The notes: a model not told the origin generated them from the letters alone. DNA of 64,000 bases from Bacteroidales bacterium UBA6401 (GCA_002438635.1 DJPX01000042.1:47192-111191), one strand, 5' to 3'; counted from the stretch's first letter, positions 22,174 through 35,227 are shown. Made by a program: numbers and translations.

Positions 22174-22696
22174 ATTCCTTAATTTTATTCGACAATAGAG
22201 CTTTTGCCTTATATATTTGAGAGGCAACAGTACCCTCCTTTATTTTTAACGACTTAGCTATTTCTTTATAGCTTTTTCCCTCTATAACAAATAGATTGAA
22301 GACAGTACGATACCCATCTGGCAACGCCCTTATCATATCAAAAAGCACATTTGCCGGTATCTCTTCAATATTGTCTTCACTATCTTCCGTAGTCTGTTGG
22401 AAATTATCATCTATATCTTCAAATAGGATTCTTCCTTTCGATTTAAGATATTTCAAGGAATCATTCAGCACTATTTTTCCCATCCACGCCCGAAGAGACC
22501 CCTCACCCTTATACTTAAAAGAACCAATCGAGCTATATACTTTTAACATAGCACCTTGCAGAATATCCTTAACAGCTTCTTCATCAGTAATATATCTTGA
22601 ACATATTGCAGACAAATAGCCAATATTCAAGCGATACAACTGCTCGAAAGCTGTTGCATCGCCAGATTTTATGGAATTCACAAGTTGTCTTTCCAT
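22151..22696 (-). CDS. ECF RNA polymerase sigma factor
   Basis: GDATAFEQLY, DILQ, SLRAWMGKI, LPDGYRTVFNLFVIEGKSYKEIA, GTVASQIYKAK. Confidence 0.92.
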   Translation of the reverse strand: MERQLVNSIKSGDATAFEQLYRLNIGYLSAICSRYITDEEAVKDILQGAMLKVYSSIGSFKYKGEGSLRAWMGKIVLNDSLKYLKSKGRILFEDIDDNFQQTTEDSEDNIEEIPANVLFDMIRALPDGYRTVFNLFVIEGKSYKEIAKSLKIKEGTVASQIYKAKALLSNKIKEYERQMVG

Positions 22697-22734
22697 CGAG
22701 AATAAACCCTACTGAAATCGTGCCGAGCGCCCTA

Positions 22735-23436
22735 TTATTTATGCATCCTCAGCTTAAATTCTAACTTTTTAGGACCATTAAAAGACTCCCAATTAAGTTT
22801 AACTGTTATTTCGTCAGATGATGAGGCGTTAGTCATATCATTTAGGTTAAAGGCTATAAGAGCATCGCCAAATTCCATTCCCATATCGCCCTGTGCATCG
22901 TGTCGAAGAACGAACTCAAATGGATCATCTGGATTTGTCCCTGATACCAGATTTAAACGATGAGGTTTGTGATATGGACCCCAAGTAGTTCTTACTCTGA
23001 GCGTTATAAACCCATCCTCAGCAACTGTCACCCAGTCACGCATAATATCGATAGGATCATCGCCATATACCAAAGCATCATCTTTGCCAGTTGTATAAAC
23101 AGGAGTTTTAGTCCGAATGCTATCCATCCAATTAACCTTTACATAGCGCTTAACGATGTCTTCTGATCCATCAATATCTTGACGTTCTCCACGAGGATCA
23201 TCCGTAAAATTAACTAAAGCTCTTACAACCTTGTCTTTATAAGGGGATGTTTTAAGATTAGTTGGATATAATACAGTTCTATCATCAAGTTGCATATTAA
23301 ATCCGCCATCAGTTTGAGGATAAACTGTTACCAAGCCTGTCGGACGTACATCCACATAATCATCACTATCATCCCAACAAGATGATAATAAAAGTGTTGC
23401 ACCTATAATGGTTGCAAATAAACCGATTTTTTTCAT
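22735..23436 (-). CDS. NigD-like lipoprotein
   Basis: Lipobox LLSSC; LDDRTVLYP, RALVNF, GDDPIDI, HRLNLV, LRHDAQGD, AFNL; upstream of ECF/anti-sigma pair. Start moved to ATG 23436. Confidence 0.8.
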   Translation of the reverse strand: MKKIGLFATIIGATLLLSSCWDDSDDYVDVRPTGLVTVYPQTDGGFNMQLDDRTVLYPTNLKTSPYKDKVVRALVNFTDDPRGERQDIDGSEDIVKRYVKVNWMDSIRTKTPVYTTGKDDALVYGDDPIDIMRDWVTVAEDGFITLRVRTTWGPYHKPHRLNLVSGTNPDDPFEFVLRHDAQGDMGMEFGDALIAFNLNDMTNASSSDEITVKLNWESFNGPKKLEFKLRMHK

Positions 23437-23681
23437 AAAAACTAATAATTTCAAACCATATATAAAATCCGACTTTTTCATTTTCTTGCCTGGAAAACAA
23501 AAAAATTACTTGGCCAATTACATTGTAAAAATTGTAAGACTCATAATAATTATTCATAAAAAGGCATTGTTCAGTAATAGCCGAACAGAGGCAACGAACT
23601 GAACGACAATATATTGACATAGTGAGATCGTAACCGAAGACTAATCCCCTGCCCCAAAATATACATTCGCAAATAAGACTA

Positions 23682-23777
23682 CTATTCAATCTGCGATATC
23701 GGCTCAAGTGCTAAATCACATATCAAAGCCTCTATTTCGGCTGAACCCTCTATCCATTTTTTTAATTCCATTGACAT
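23682..23777 (-). CDS. Candidate 31-aa small protein MSMELKKWIEGSAEIEALICDLALEPISQIE
   Basis: ATG..TAG below the ORF-track cutoff; preceded by TAACTTTG box (23800-23807) and AAGGAG. Confidence 0.35.
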   Translation of the reverse strand: MSMELKKWIEGSAEIEALICDLALEPISQIE

Positions 23778-23799
23778 ACTCCTTATATTTTTGTTAACG

Positions 23800-23834
23800 C
23801 AAAGTTAGCCCGCTGTTTTGACATCTTTTGTCAA
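23800..23834 (-). promoter_or_regulatory. Promoter with overlapping palindromic operator
   Basis: Minus-strand TAACTTTG (23800-23807); TTGACA-N5-TGTCAA (23818-23834) over the -33 region. Confidence 0.5.
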
Positions 23835-23941
23835 CGACATCATCTTTGTCTTCACATATTACTAAAAATAATAAGCTGCGTTTGATTAGTATTAGATTTT
23901 TATGAACAGGAAAAGATTATTGGCAAAAAACAGGAAAATGA

Positions 23942-26038
<2,097 letters not shown>

Positions 26039-26044
26039 CATTGT

Positions 26045-28090
26045 ATGAAAAGTACGGAATTTGACGAGAACGACTATAGACTCATAGCTGACGAATATGA
26101 AAGTCTGGCCGCATTGGCCAAAGAACGATGTAGGAACGAAGACGAATTCGCAGTAGTCCAAAAGGGGTTCGAATTTGCCAACGAAGCCCATAAAAATGTG
26201 CGCAGACGCTCCGGAGAGCCATACATCATACACCCTATAGAAGTAGCCAAGATAGTCGTAAAAGACATTGGCCTAGGCTACAAGTCCATCACTGCCGCAC
26301 TTCTGCACGATGTTGTTGAAGACACTGAATATACTACCGAGGACATAAGGGCGCTTTTCGGAGATAAAATTGCCTCACTCGTAGATGGGCTTACGAAAAT
26401 TAAAACCGTGCTCGATAACGAGGACAGGACTAAAATCACCTCCATCAACACGCCTAGTCTTCAAGCGGAAAACTTCAAAAGAATACTTCTAACCTTGAAC
26501 GATGATGTGAGGGTGGTTTTGATAAAATTGGCCGACAGACTACATAACTGTCGTACCATAGAATTCATGCCTGAGCATAAAAGGGAAAAGATTCTAAGCG
26601 AAACGATGTATTTGTTCATTCCATTGGCCCATAGACTAGGACTTTACAGCATAAAGACCGAGATGGAAAACATCTGGCTAAAATACAAAGAACCGGATGA
26701 ATACAAAAGCATAACGGAAAAGACAAATAAAGATCTTGAGCAAAAATCCAAGATTATCGATGATTTCATAGAGCCGATAAGGAAAGCTCTTACAGAAGAG
26801 GGCTATGAATTCGAGATAAAAAAGAGGATTAAAACGCCCTATTCTATATGGCGCAAAATGATTACCAAGCATGTCACTTTCGAGCAGATATTTGACCTAT
26901 ATGCTATAAGAATTATCTTTAACCCGAAAAGTAATGATCCTATTAAAGAAAGGAAAGAGTGCTACGACATTTATGCCACCATCACAAGCATATATCGGTA
27001 TCAGCAAGACCGACTAAGGGACTGGATTAAACAGCCTAAAAGTAACGGCTACGAGGCTCTACACTGCACCCTAATGAGTAAAGGTGGCGTATGGGTTGAA
27101 GTTCAGATACGTTCCAAACGCATGGATGACATAGCGGAAAAAGGGATCGCTGCCCACTGGGCGTATAAAAAAGACGGCTACATCTCGGAAAATGATAGTG
27201 AGATGGACAAATGGCTAGATAAGGTACAAGAAATAATAAAAAGTCCAGACGTGAGTACGCTTGAGTTACTCGACATCATTCATAGAGACTTGACATCTAG
27301 TGATATAGTCATCTTTACCCCATCTGGGAAACAAATCAGCGTACCGAAGGGAGCAACCGCGCTGGATTTTGCTTACCAGCTTGATAGTAAAATAGGAAAT
27401 CATGCATTGGCCGCTAAAATCAACCTTAAACTATGCGCGCTCTCCCAAATGCTGCACCAAGGTGACCAAGTCGAAATTATTACAGCAGAAAATGCCAAGC
27501 CCAAAATAGAATGGCTTTCGTTTCTAAAGACGCAAGATGCTCGCAAGAAAATTCTCGACTATATTCGCGAGAATGATCCAGATAATCTCTCCAAAGCAGA
27601 AGACTTTCTACATGCCATAAACAACAATTCGTCTGGAAAGCCTGCAGAAAGAGTTATCGTAATGGGCAATACCAGATATATCTCTGCTCCTTGCTGTAAT
27701 CCTATACCAGGAGATCCTGTGATAGGTGTCAAATGCCCCGACGGCTCAATAATAGTTCATAAAAAAAGTTGCTCCTGTCTGGAAAGCCTTGGCAGCACTC
27801 AAGGAGACAAATTGGTGGCAGTGAATTGGGACGTAAAATCCGCGCAGAACGATTTCCCCGTAAAATTGGACATAAAAGGGCTTGATAGAGTGGGACTTCT
27901 CAACGATATAACTCAGCTAATTTCCCTTTCACTAGGAATAAATATGCGCAGACTCTCACTAGGGTCTGACCAAGGGATATTTGAAGGCACCATAGAGTTA
28001 ATGGTAAAGGATAGAGCTACATTAGAAACCCTTATTGAGAGAATAAGTCAAATTAAAGGCATACAAAGCGTATCCCGCATAGAATTATGA
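26045..28090 (+). CDS. relA: Bifunctional (p)ppGpp synthetase/hydrolase (long RSH)
   Basis: RRSGEPYIIHP, LLHDVVEDT hydrolase, KLADRLHN, PKSNGYEALH, EVQIRS, TGS, CCNPIPGD, ACT. Confidence 0.93.
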   Translation: MKSTEFDENDYRLIADEYESLAALAKERCRNEDEFAVVQKGFEFANEAHKNVRRRSGEPYIIHPIEVAKIVVKDIGLGYKSITAALLHDVVEDTEYTTEDIRALFGDKIASLVDGLTKIKTVLDNEDRTKITSINTPSLQAENFKRILLTLNDDVRVVLIKLADRLHNCRTIEFMPEHKREKILSETMYLFIPLAHRLGLYSIKTEMENIWLKYKEPDEYKSITEKTNKDLEQKSKIIDDFIEPIRKALTEEGYEFEIKKRIKTPYSIWRKMITKHVTFEQIFDLYAIRIIFNPKSNDPIKERKECYDIYATITSIYRYQQDRLRDWIKQPKSNGYEALHCTLMSKGGVWVEVQIRSKRMDDIAEKGIAAHWAYKKDGYISENDSEMDKWLDKVQEIIKSPDVSTLELLDIIHRDLTSSDIVIFTPSGKQISVPKGATALDFAYQLDSKIGNHALAAKINLKLCALSQMLHQGDQVEIITAENAKPKIEWLSFLKTQDARKKILDYIRENDPDNLSKAEDFLHAINNNSSGKPAERVIVMGNTRYISAPCCNPIPGDPVIGVKCPDGSIIVHKKSCSCLESLGSTQGDKLVAVNWDVKSAQNDFPVKLDIKGLDRVGLLNDITQLISLSLGINMRRLSLGSDQGIFEGTIELMVKDRATLETLIERISQIKGIQSVSRIEL

Positions 28091-29895
28091 AAATAACCAT
28101 TAAAGAATATCTGTTTCCCTTAGGAGCAGCCATAGCCTGCCTTGCTCCAAGCTTTTTCATGCACTCTTGCGCCAATACTACGCAAGCACCTACTGGAGGT
28201 AAAAAGGATACGATTCCACCTGCACTCTATTGGACACAACCGTCACCCGGTTCCGTTCAAGTGGATACACATAAAACCAAGATAGTCTTCGGATTCGACG
28301 AATATGTAACTATAAAAAATCAGCAGAATATTTTTCTTTCCCCGCCTCAGAAAAAAGCACCTAAAGCCAAAGTTAAAGGGAAAAGTATAGTGGTGAGTTT
28401 CGAAGAACCTCTTGAAAAAAACACCACATATACACTTAACTTCACTGATGCCATAGCCGATAATAATGAAAGCAATATGTTTCCCGGATACACCTATGTA
28501 TTCTCAACGGGAGAAGTGATCGACTCTATGCTAATCAGCGGAACAGTAAGGGATTGTAACACGCTTAATCCTATAAAGGGAGCCACTGTAATGTTATATA
28601 AGGATCAGAGCGACTCTGCCATATTCAAAAGCAGACCATTCGCCGCCAGTAAAACGGACGACTGGGGCTACTTCTGTATCCCTTACATACCAGATACACT
28701 TTACAGACTATATGCTCTTAAAGACGACAACAACGATAACCTATATCAAGCAGAAAATGGAGAACTCGTAGGTTTTGTAGATAGTCTTATACGACCTATA
28801 GTAAAAGTTAACGATACTCTTGGTCAGATGCAAAAATACGATATGAAGGACACACTGGAATGCCTTAGTCGTAAAAGTGAGTATGAAATTAGACTTTTTA
28901 AAGAGGAAAGCACTAAGCAGAAGTTAATGAACAAAGGTCGCACTGCAGACAGACGCGCCTACGTGACATTTATGTCCAAAAATGCTTGGATAGACTCCCT
29001 TTGGATAAAAGGCTATAGGAGTGATCAATTAATTACCCAGTTTAATCTTCGTCAGGATAGTCTCGAGATATGGATAAACGACAGACGCAGAACTCCAGAC
29101 ACCCTGCAACTATACATTAATTACAGAAAAACTAACGACTCTACTGGTGTAATGGAGCCTAGCCTTGAGCACTACCCTCTTTTTATAGAAGGAGCACTAC
29201 CGAAAAAAAGCGGAAGAGCAGCCAGGCGTAACCTCAAACACGAAGACACCATCTGTGTTTATAAAATAACAGCAGAGCCAGAAAATGTTGAGCAAAAGGG
29301 ATTTTCGCTTGAATTCGACTACCCTATTATATATGAGAACTTTGACTCTCTAAAATTTAGATATATAAACCCTAAACAGAAAGAAATACAAAGCAGTTTT
29401 ACCATAGAAAAAGACAGTCTGGATCTTAGGCACTTCACAATACGTCCTAAAGAAAAAATGCTTCCGGGCTATGAGTACATTCTTAAAGTTCCTTATAGGG
29501 CATTTAGAGATATAAATGGGTTCTACTCCGATAGTTCTGAAGTAAAAGTGAGTTTACCTAAAGACGATAAGTTAAGTACCATTATTTTAGATATGCAAGA
29601 TGTAAAAGGTAAGCTTATTGTCGACCTACTTAACGAAAAGCGGGACAAAACACTTAGAAGTTATGTAATAGAAAGTGATACTCAACTCACCTTCCCTTAC
29701 TTGAAGGAGGGGAAATATGCTGTAAGGATAACATTCGACTATAATAAAAACTCTATGGTAGACACCGGCAATCTGCTTGAACACAAACAGCCTGAAAAAG
29801 TGGTTTTCTTCAAGTTTAAAGATGACGAAGAATTCATAGACCTTCTTCCATCAGCAGAACTCACTCAAATAATTAATATAAACGAACTTCAGTAG
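28087..29895 (+). CDS. Ig-like (Big_5) domain lipoprotein
   Basis: HSCAN..APTGGKKDTIPP, FDEYV, LEKNTTYTLNF..AIADNNE, YVFSTG..IDS. Confidence 0.75.
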   Translation: MKITIKEYLFPLGAAIACLAPSFFMHSCANTTQAPTGGKKDTIPPALYWTQPSPGSVQVDTHKTKIVFGFDEYVTIKNQQNIFLSPPQKKAPKAKVKGKSIVVSFEEPLEKNTTYTLNFTDAIADNNESNMFPGYTYVFSTGEVIDSMLISGTVRDCNTLNPIKGATVMLYKDQSDSAIFKSRPFAASKTDDWGYFCIPYIPDTLYRLYALKDDNNDNLYQAENGELVGFVDSLIRPIVKVNDTLGQMQKYDMKDTLECLSRKSEYEIRLFKEESTKQKLMNKGRTADRRAYVTFMSKNAWIDSLWIKGYRSDQLITQFNLRQDSLEIWINDRRRTPDTLQLYINYRKTNDSTGVMEPSLEHYPLFIEGALPKKSGRAARRNLKHEDTICVYKITAEPENVEQKGFSLEFDYPIIYENFDSLKFRYINPKQKEIQSSFTIEKDSLDLRHFTIRPKEKMLPGYEYILKVPYRAFRDINGFYSDSSEVKVSLPKDDKLSTIILDMQDVKGKLIVDLLNEKRDKTLRSYVIESDTQLTFPYLKEGKYAVRITFDYNKNSMVDTGNLLEHKQPEKVVFFKFKDDEEFIDLLPSAELTQIININELQ

Positions 29896-29897
29896 GG

Positions 29898-30830
29898 ATG
29901 AGAAAGATAGCAGCCATTTTATCATTTGCACTTTGTTGTTTTTCAGCTTTAGGCCAAGACACTCCGACCACCACATCACCTGACTCCAGCAAAGTATCCT
30001 TACCTCTATACCTAGAGCAAGTAGCAAAAGCTCAAGCGGACACGCTAATAACCGAGTGGAGCGATGAATATCTGGATACCGTCAAGATAGACTATGCCAC
30101 GAAACTCAACGACTACTCTATGGTAGGATTTAACTATGGACTCACCCTAACGGGAATGCAATTCAGCCCTTCACACAACCAAACTCGAGATATAGTTCTC
30201 GGCCACTATTCTCTTACCTTCACCCATTACGAAAAAATGTTCAACTACCTACCTTATTTCGGATGGACGCTCGGTATAGAATATGGACACGAAGGCTACC
30301 ACTTTAAAGAAAATAAAGAAACAGGACAAACATACGAATTCTACAAGGAGAAAAGTAGGGCAATAAAAATGGATGTGATAGAAGTACCTTTTATGCTTCA
30401 AGTACATAAAGACGGATTATATAGTAAAGTATACGCTGGCATAGGCATATATGGCGGATATAGGCTGTCGGTGGAACGGAGCGGCCCAAATGTAGAGGAA
30501 GCATATAAAACACAATGGTATGACACAGACATACGCTGGGACTATGGCTTTCAAGGAGGGGCAGGCATGGCATTTATTTTCGAACCATTCGAATTTCACA
30601 TAAACGCACAACTGCGCTATGGCCTTTCCAGTATCTTTACTCCAGATTCGCTTTTCCCAGAAGGCTCGGGATATGAGGACCAGAATAAAGTTTATTATAG
30701 ATATGCCTACCCTCTTGACATCATAATCTCGGCAGGAATACATATCCAATTGGGAAAACGATTCGGCACGACAAATGCCGACTTAAAAAAACAAGCAAAA
30801 GAAATAGTATATGGCAATCAAAATAGGTAA
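29898..30830 (+). CDS. PorT-like outer-membrane beta-barrel protein
   Basis: Signal peptide; alternating beta-strands, IEVPFML, WDYGFQGGAG, LRYGLS. Confidence 0.65.
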   Translation: MRKIAAILSFALCCFSALGQDTPTTTSPDSSKVSLPLYLEQVAKAQADTLITEWSDEYLDTVKIDYATKLNDYSMVGFNYGLTLTGMQFSPSHNQTRDIVLGHYSLTFTHYEKMFNYLPYFGWTLGIEYGHEGYHFKENKETGQTYEFYKEKSRAIKMDVIEVPFMLQVHKDGLYSKVYAGIGIYGGYRLSVERSGPNVEEAYKTQWYDTDIRWDYGFQGGAGMAFIFEPFEFHINAQLRYGLSSIFTPDSLFPEGSGYEDQNKVYYRYAYPLDIIISAGIHIQLGKRFGTTNADLKKQAKEIVYGNQNR

Positions 30831-32076
30831 TCCAGGTATAATGATGGGAAAAGGCTTCCCTATCACCATACAAACGATGTGCAATACGCACACCGATGAC
30901 GAACAAGCCTGTATAAGCCAATGCGAAAGACTCAGCAAAGCTGGAGCACAGCTACTGCGTCTAACAGTTCCTGGATCTCAAGATGTGGTGCACATAAAAA
31001 ACATTAGAGAAACTTTAAGGGCAGAAGGCATTTTCACTCCTATAGTGGCCGATATTCACTTTTCTTCTCAAACCGCCATCGAAGTAGCTCCATTTGTAGA
31101 CAAAGTCAGAATTAACCCCGGTAATTTTCACAAAAACCACCAGATGGCACGCGAAGAATTCGAACACCTGATAGATGTATGCAAGCAATGCAATACTGCT
31201 ATACGCATAGGAGTAAATCACGGCTCCTTAGGAGAATACATCACAGCACAATACGGCAATACTCCATCTGCTATGGCTATAGCGGCTATGGAATGGGTAG
31301 AAATGTGCGTTCAAAAAGATTTTTTTAATGTGGTCATATCCCTAAAATCTTCTAATACCATAACTATGGTCCGCGCATATAAAGAATTATCCTCTCTACT
31401 AAAAAAGAAAGGATGGGAATTTCCGTTCCATGTGGGCGTAACAGAAGCAGGTAATGGAGATAGTGGACGCATAAAATCCTGTGTGGGAATAGCCACTCTA
31501 TTAGAAGAAGGGATAGGTGATACGATACGAGTTTCTCTAACCGAAGACCCCGAAAACGAACTACCCGTAGCTGCCTATCTTGCAAATAGATATTCAAACG
31601 CACACTTTGAAATACCCCTCAGTGAAAAAGAAAGGCAAATGCTGGATGCAGCGTGTACTTGGGGGCCTAAACTAATTCGAGGGGAAATAGATGAAATCCC
31701 AAATAGTGTAGATAGCCACCTACGAGATGAGATAATGCAAGCCGCCAGAAAACGCTTTTACAAAGCCGAATATATCGCATGCCCTGGCTGTGGACGCACC
31801 ATGTACGACATTCAAAGCACATTTGAGGAGGTAAAACAGAAAACCTCCGGGCTAAAAAATGTAATCATAGCAGTAATGGGATGTATCGTGAACGGGCCCG
31901 GCGAGATGGCAGATGCCGACTGGGGTTATGTGGGCGAAGGCGGAGGGAAGGTATCCATTTACAAAAAAAATGTGCCTGTTTTAAGACACATTCCTCAATC
32001 CCAAGCCTGCGATAAATTGCTTGAACTCATTGAAGAAGACCAAAAAGTTCAAGATACACCACAGCAGAAGGAATAG
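30811..32076 (+). CDS. ispG: 4-hydroxy-3-methylbut-2-en-1-yl diphosphate synthase
   Basis: VADIHF, KVRINPGNF, RIGVNHGSL, HVGVTEAG, GIGDTIRVSLT, CPGCGR, MGCIVNGPGE. Confidence 0.95.
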   Translation: MAIKIGNPGIMMGKGFPITIQTMCNTHTDDEQACISQCERLSKAGAQLLRLTVPGSQDVVHIKNIRETLRAEGIFTPIVADIHFSSQTAIEVAPFVDKVRINPGNFHKNHQMAREEFEHLIDVCKQCNTAIRIGVNHGSLGEYITAQYGNTPSAMAIAAMEWVEMCVQKDFFNVVISLKSSNTITMVRAYKELSSLLKKKGWEFPFHVGVTEAGNGDSGRIKSCVGIATLLEEGIGDTIRVSLTEDPENELPVAAYLANRYSNAHFEIPLSEKERQMLDAACTWGPKLIRGEIDEIPNSVDSHLRDEIMQAARKRFYKAEYIACPGCGRTMYDIQSTFEEVKQKTSGLKNVIIAVMGCIVNGPGEMADADWGYVGEGGGKVSIYKKNVPVLRHIPQSQACDKLLELIEEDQKVQDTPQQKE

Positions 32077-32860
32077 CCCAAAGCACTGAATCAAGCCTAT
32101 CATATAATCCCCCATGCCCTGGTATTAGACTTCCGGAGTCCTTGACGCTAAAGCATCGCTTCCACATACTTTCAACCAGATCGCCCAGTACTCCGACAAC
32201 GCTCAACACTAGGCCTAAGGCCATGCTATGCCCTAAATCTAGGCCAATCCACCCTATCCGCGATAGCACAGCAGAAATGGCGATGCTCACGATACAGCCT
32301 CCGACCACACCCCACCAAGACTTTTTAGGAGAAATTTTAGGAGCCAATCGCTTGGCACCTTTCCTCTGCCCTAATGTCGAACCGAGCAGGTAAGCACCTA
32401 CATCGTTAAGAGCCACGATTATAAAAACGCATAATAAGAACATTCCATCATATACGCCACCACGAACGACAAGAAGTGGAGTCATCAATAATGGAAGCGC
32501 TACAAATAGCAGCCCCGCTGTAATATAACCCATATTAGCATATTCATTTTTCTCTGAAGTCCATATTGGCCATACTATGCCTATAAAAAATGGTACAAAA
32601 GACAGAGTAGACCACCTTACCGAACATAGCCCCAGCCGGGTAAGATAAAGAACAACAAAGAGAAAAACTACAGCCATGCAAATCCAAAATCGACTTTCGC
32701 GAAGTTCGTTTTTCAGCGACATCGAAAAGAACTCATGCAGAGCCCATAGTAAAGCGAATCCGAAAACAATGAGAAACAAAGGCTGTGGACCTAAAAGGCC
32801 CACAGCTATGATCAAAGCATAAATTGCTCCTGAAATACTACGCCTCAGAAATGGTATCAT
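32027..32860 (-). CDS. cdsA: Phosphatidate cytidylyltransferase
   Basis: NDVGAYLLG, ISPKKSW, GDLVESMWKR..VKDSGSLIPGHGGLYDRLDS. Start set at ATG 32860. Confidence 0.93.
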   Translation of the reverse strand: MIPFLRRSISGAIYALIIAVGLLGPQPLFLIVFGFALLWALHEFFSMSLKNELRESRFWICMAVVFLFVVLYLTRLGLCSVRWSTLSFVPFFIGIVWPIWTSEKNEYANMGYITAGLLFVALPLLMTPLLVVRGGVYDGMFLLCVFIIVALNDVGAYLLGSTLGQRKGAKRLAPKISPKKSWWGVVGGCIVSIAISAVLSRIGWIGLDLGHSMALGLVLSVVGVLGDLVESMWKRCFSVKDSGSLIPGHGGLYDRLDSVLWAIPSAVVYLELFGLLQ

Positions 32861-34793
32861 CTCCCTTGTCCTCGATAAGTTCATCATTCTTATCCTTAAC
32901 CTTTGGGCCAAGTATAGCTTCTACATCGTCAGCAAAGATAACTTCTTTAGTTAACAGTTCCTGTGCTATAGCACGCCACCCGCTCTCATGCTCTTTGAGG
33001 ATAGACATAGTCTTATCGTGAATTTCTCTCACAAGTTTAAGAACCTGCGCATCAAGTAATTCGGCTGTTTTCTCCGAATAAGGCTTGGTGAAATCATATG
33101 CACGACTACCTGTAGAGTCATAGAAACTTAGAGAGCCGAATTCATCGGACATTCCATAATTCTGAATCATAGAATAAGCCGTCTTAGTTAGTCTTTCAAG
33201 GTCGTTTTGCGCTCCGGTAGATGGCTCACCATTTAGGATCTCCTCCGCAACGCGACCTCCGATAAGAGAGCACATTTCATCCATCATCTGACTCTTCCTT
33301 TCTATCTTATGCTCATCTGGCAGATACCAAGCAGCGCCAAGCGATGTTCCTCGAGGGACAAGGGTGACTTTAAAGAGCTGATTAGCATGTGGTAAAAGCC
33401 AGCTCACCACTGCGTGACCAGCCTCGTGATGTGCAATTGTCTTCTTCTCGGACTCCGAAAGCAAGTAGCCCTTCTTCTCGATACCACCCACTATCCTATC
33501 GACAGCATCCAAAAAATCCTGAAGATCTATCTCCGACTTATTCTTCCTGGCAGCCACAAGTGCCGCTTCATTACATACATTTGCTATGTCGGCACCACTA
33601 AATCCAGCAGTGTGCTTTGCCATATAAGATACATCGAAAGACTTGGACATCTTAAGGTCTTTAATATGAACCTTGAATATCTCCTCTCTTTCTTTCAATT
33701 CAGGCAAATCGACGTGTATCTGCCTATCGAAACGTCCGGCACGCATAAGTGCCTTATCCAAAATATCGGCACGGTTAGTAGCCGCAAGTACGATGACCCC
33801 ACTATTAGTATCAAATCCGTCCATCTCAGTAAGTAACTGATTAAGAGTATTTTCCCTCTCATCATTACCCGAGAATCCAGCGTTTTTACCTCTCGCGCGG
33901 CCTACAGCATCTATCTCATCTATAAATACTATACAAGGAGCCTTCTCCTTAGCCTGCGCGAAAAGATCACGCACGCGGCTTGCACCCACACCCACGAACA
34001 TTTCTACGAAATCAGAACCGCTCATAGAGAAAAACGGAACATTAGCCTCACCTGCAACGGCCTTAGCCAATAAAGTCTTACCATTTCCTGGAGGGCCAAC
34101 CAAGAGCGCACCTTTAGGGATTTTAGCCCCAAGGGCTGTGTATTTCTTAGGATTCTTCAAGAAATCCACTATTTCCATCACCTCTTCCTTCGCGCCATAA
34201 AGCCCGGCCACATCCTTAAAAGTAACATTCACCTTGTCTTTATCGGCCAATTTTCCCTGGGCTTTCCCAACATTGAAAGGATTAAATCCACCTCCTTGTC
34301 CACCACCTTGACCTGTCATCGGACGGAATGCTCTGAACATCATCACATACATAAGTATGATAAGAACGAGTGGGAAAATCCAATCCAAAATACCACTCCA
34401 GAAGTTGTTTCCCTGACTCACGACCAATTTAACCTGCTCACCTTTAGGAAGAGAAGCATTCAACTGTGCCACTTCCCTCTCGGCATCGAAATGGTCGGTT
34501 ACCAAAAACATATAATGTGGTGAACGTTCAGGTACTTTACCACCGAAATCTGCACTATACTTTTCTAGTCGATCACTTCTTAAAGTTACCAGTCCTTTGT
34601 ATTCATTTCGGATGAAGTCTATCTCTTTAACATCACCGGCAAGAACCATTTCCTGAACTCTTGCCCATTCAGTCTTCTGCGTATTTGCAGCACTACTATC
34701 TTTAAAAAGAAGATAGAATATACCGCCCAGCAGAAGAAGATATAGCCACGACAGATTTAGTCTGACTACTTTAACTTTTTTCTTTTTATCCAT
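32838..34793 (-). CDS. ftsH: ATP-dependent zinc metalloprotease FtsH
   Basis: Two TMs, [29 protein letters not shown]. Confidence 0.97.
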   Translation of the reverse strand: MDKKKKVKVVRLNLSWLYLLLLGGIFYLLFKDSSAANTQKTEWARVQEMVLAGDVKEIDFIRNEYKGLVTLRSDRLEKYSADFGGKVPERSPHYMFLVTDHFDAEREVAQLNASLPKGEQVKLVVSQGNNFWSGILDWIFPLVLIILMYVMMFRAFRPMTGQGGGQGGGFNPFNVGKAQGKLADKDKVNVTFKDVAGLYGAKEEVMEIVDFLKNPKKYTALGAKIPKGALLVGPPGNGKTLLAKAVAGEANVPFFSMSGSDFVEMFVGVGASRVRDLFAQAKEKAPCIVFIDEIDAVGRARGKNAGFSGNDERENTLNQLLTEMDGFDTNSGVIVLAATNRADILDKALMRAGRFDRQIHVDLPELKEREEIFKVHIKDLKMSKSFDVSYMAKHTAGFSGADIANVCNEAALVAARKNKSEIDLQDFLDAVDRIVGGIEKKGYLLSESEKKTIAHHEAGHAVVSWLLPHANQLFKVTLVPRGTSLGAAWYLPDEHKIERKSQMMDEMCSLIGGRVAEEILNGEPSTGAQNDLERLTKTAYSMIQNYGMSDEFGSLSFYDSTGSRAYDFTKPYSEKTAELLDAQVLKLVREIHDKTMSILKEHESGWRAIAQELLTKEVIFADDVEAILGPKVKDKNDELIEDKGDDTISEA

Positions 34794-34819
34794 TAATTAC
34801 CTAATTTCGTAAGCATGTA

Positions 34820-35167
34820 TTAATCGGTGTATGTCACCCTAGGAGCATCGGCCCATAAGTCCTCAAGTCGATAAAACTCTCTATACTCCTTTAGAAATAT
34901 ATGAACGACCACATTTCCGAAGTCAATTATAACCCAAAATGCATTCTCGAGGCCCTGCATACGCAAAGGCTTTATGCCAAGTTTTTCTTTAGCTTCTTTT
35001 AGTATATTGTCTGCAATGGCTGAAACCATAGTAGTAGATGTGCCAGTACAAACCATAAAAAAATCGGTAATAGCCGTCCCTATAGGACGAAGATCAAGAG
35101 AAATTACATCCTCCCCTTTTTTATCAAGAATAGCATCTGCAATGACGCGTAACTCGCGATTATTCAT
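34820..35167 (-). CDS. rsfS: Ribosome silencing factor
   Basis: DKKGEDV, DFFMVCTG, WVIIDFGNVVVHIF..EYREFYRLEDLW. Start set at ATG 35167. Confidence 0.93.
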   Translation of the reverse strand: MNNRELRVIADAILDKKGEDVISLDLRPIGTAITDFFMVCTGTSTTMVSAIADNILKEAKEKLGIKPLRMQGLENAFWVIIDFGNVVVHIFLKEYREFYRLEDLWADAPRVTYTD

Positions 35168-35184
35168 AAATAATAGAAATATTG

Positions 35185-35205
35185 TAAATTTGCAGCGCAA
35201 AGATA
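35185..35205. promoter_or_regulatory. Overlapping divergent promoters of birA (+) and rsfS (-)
   Basis: TAAATTTG (+, 35185-35192) and TATCTTTG (-, 35198-35205). Confidence 0.55.
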
Positions 35206-35227
35206 CAAAAATTAATCCACGATAAAA

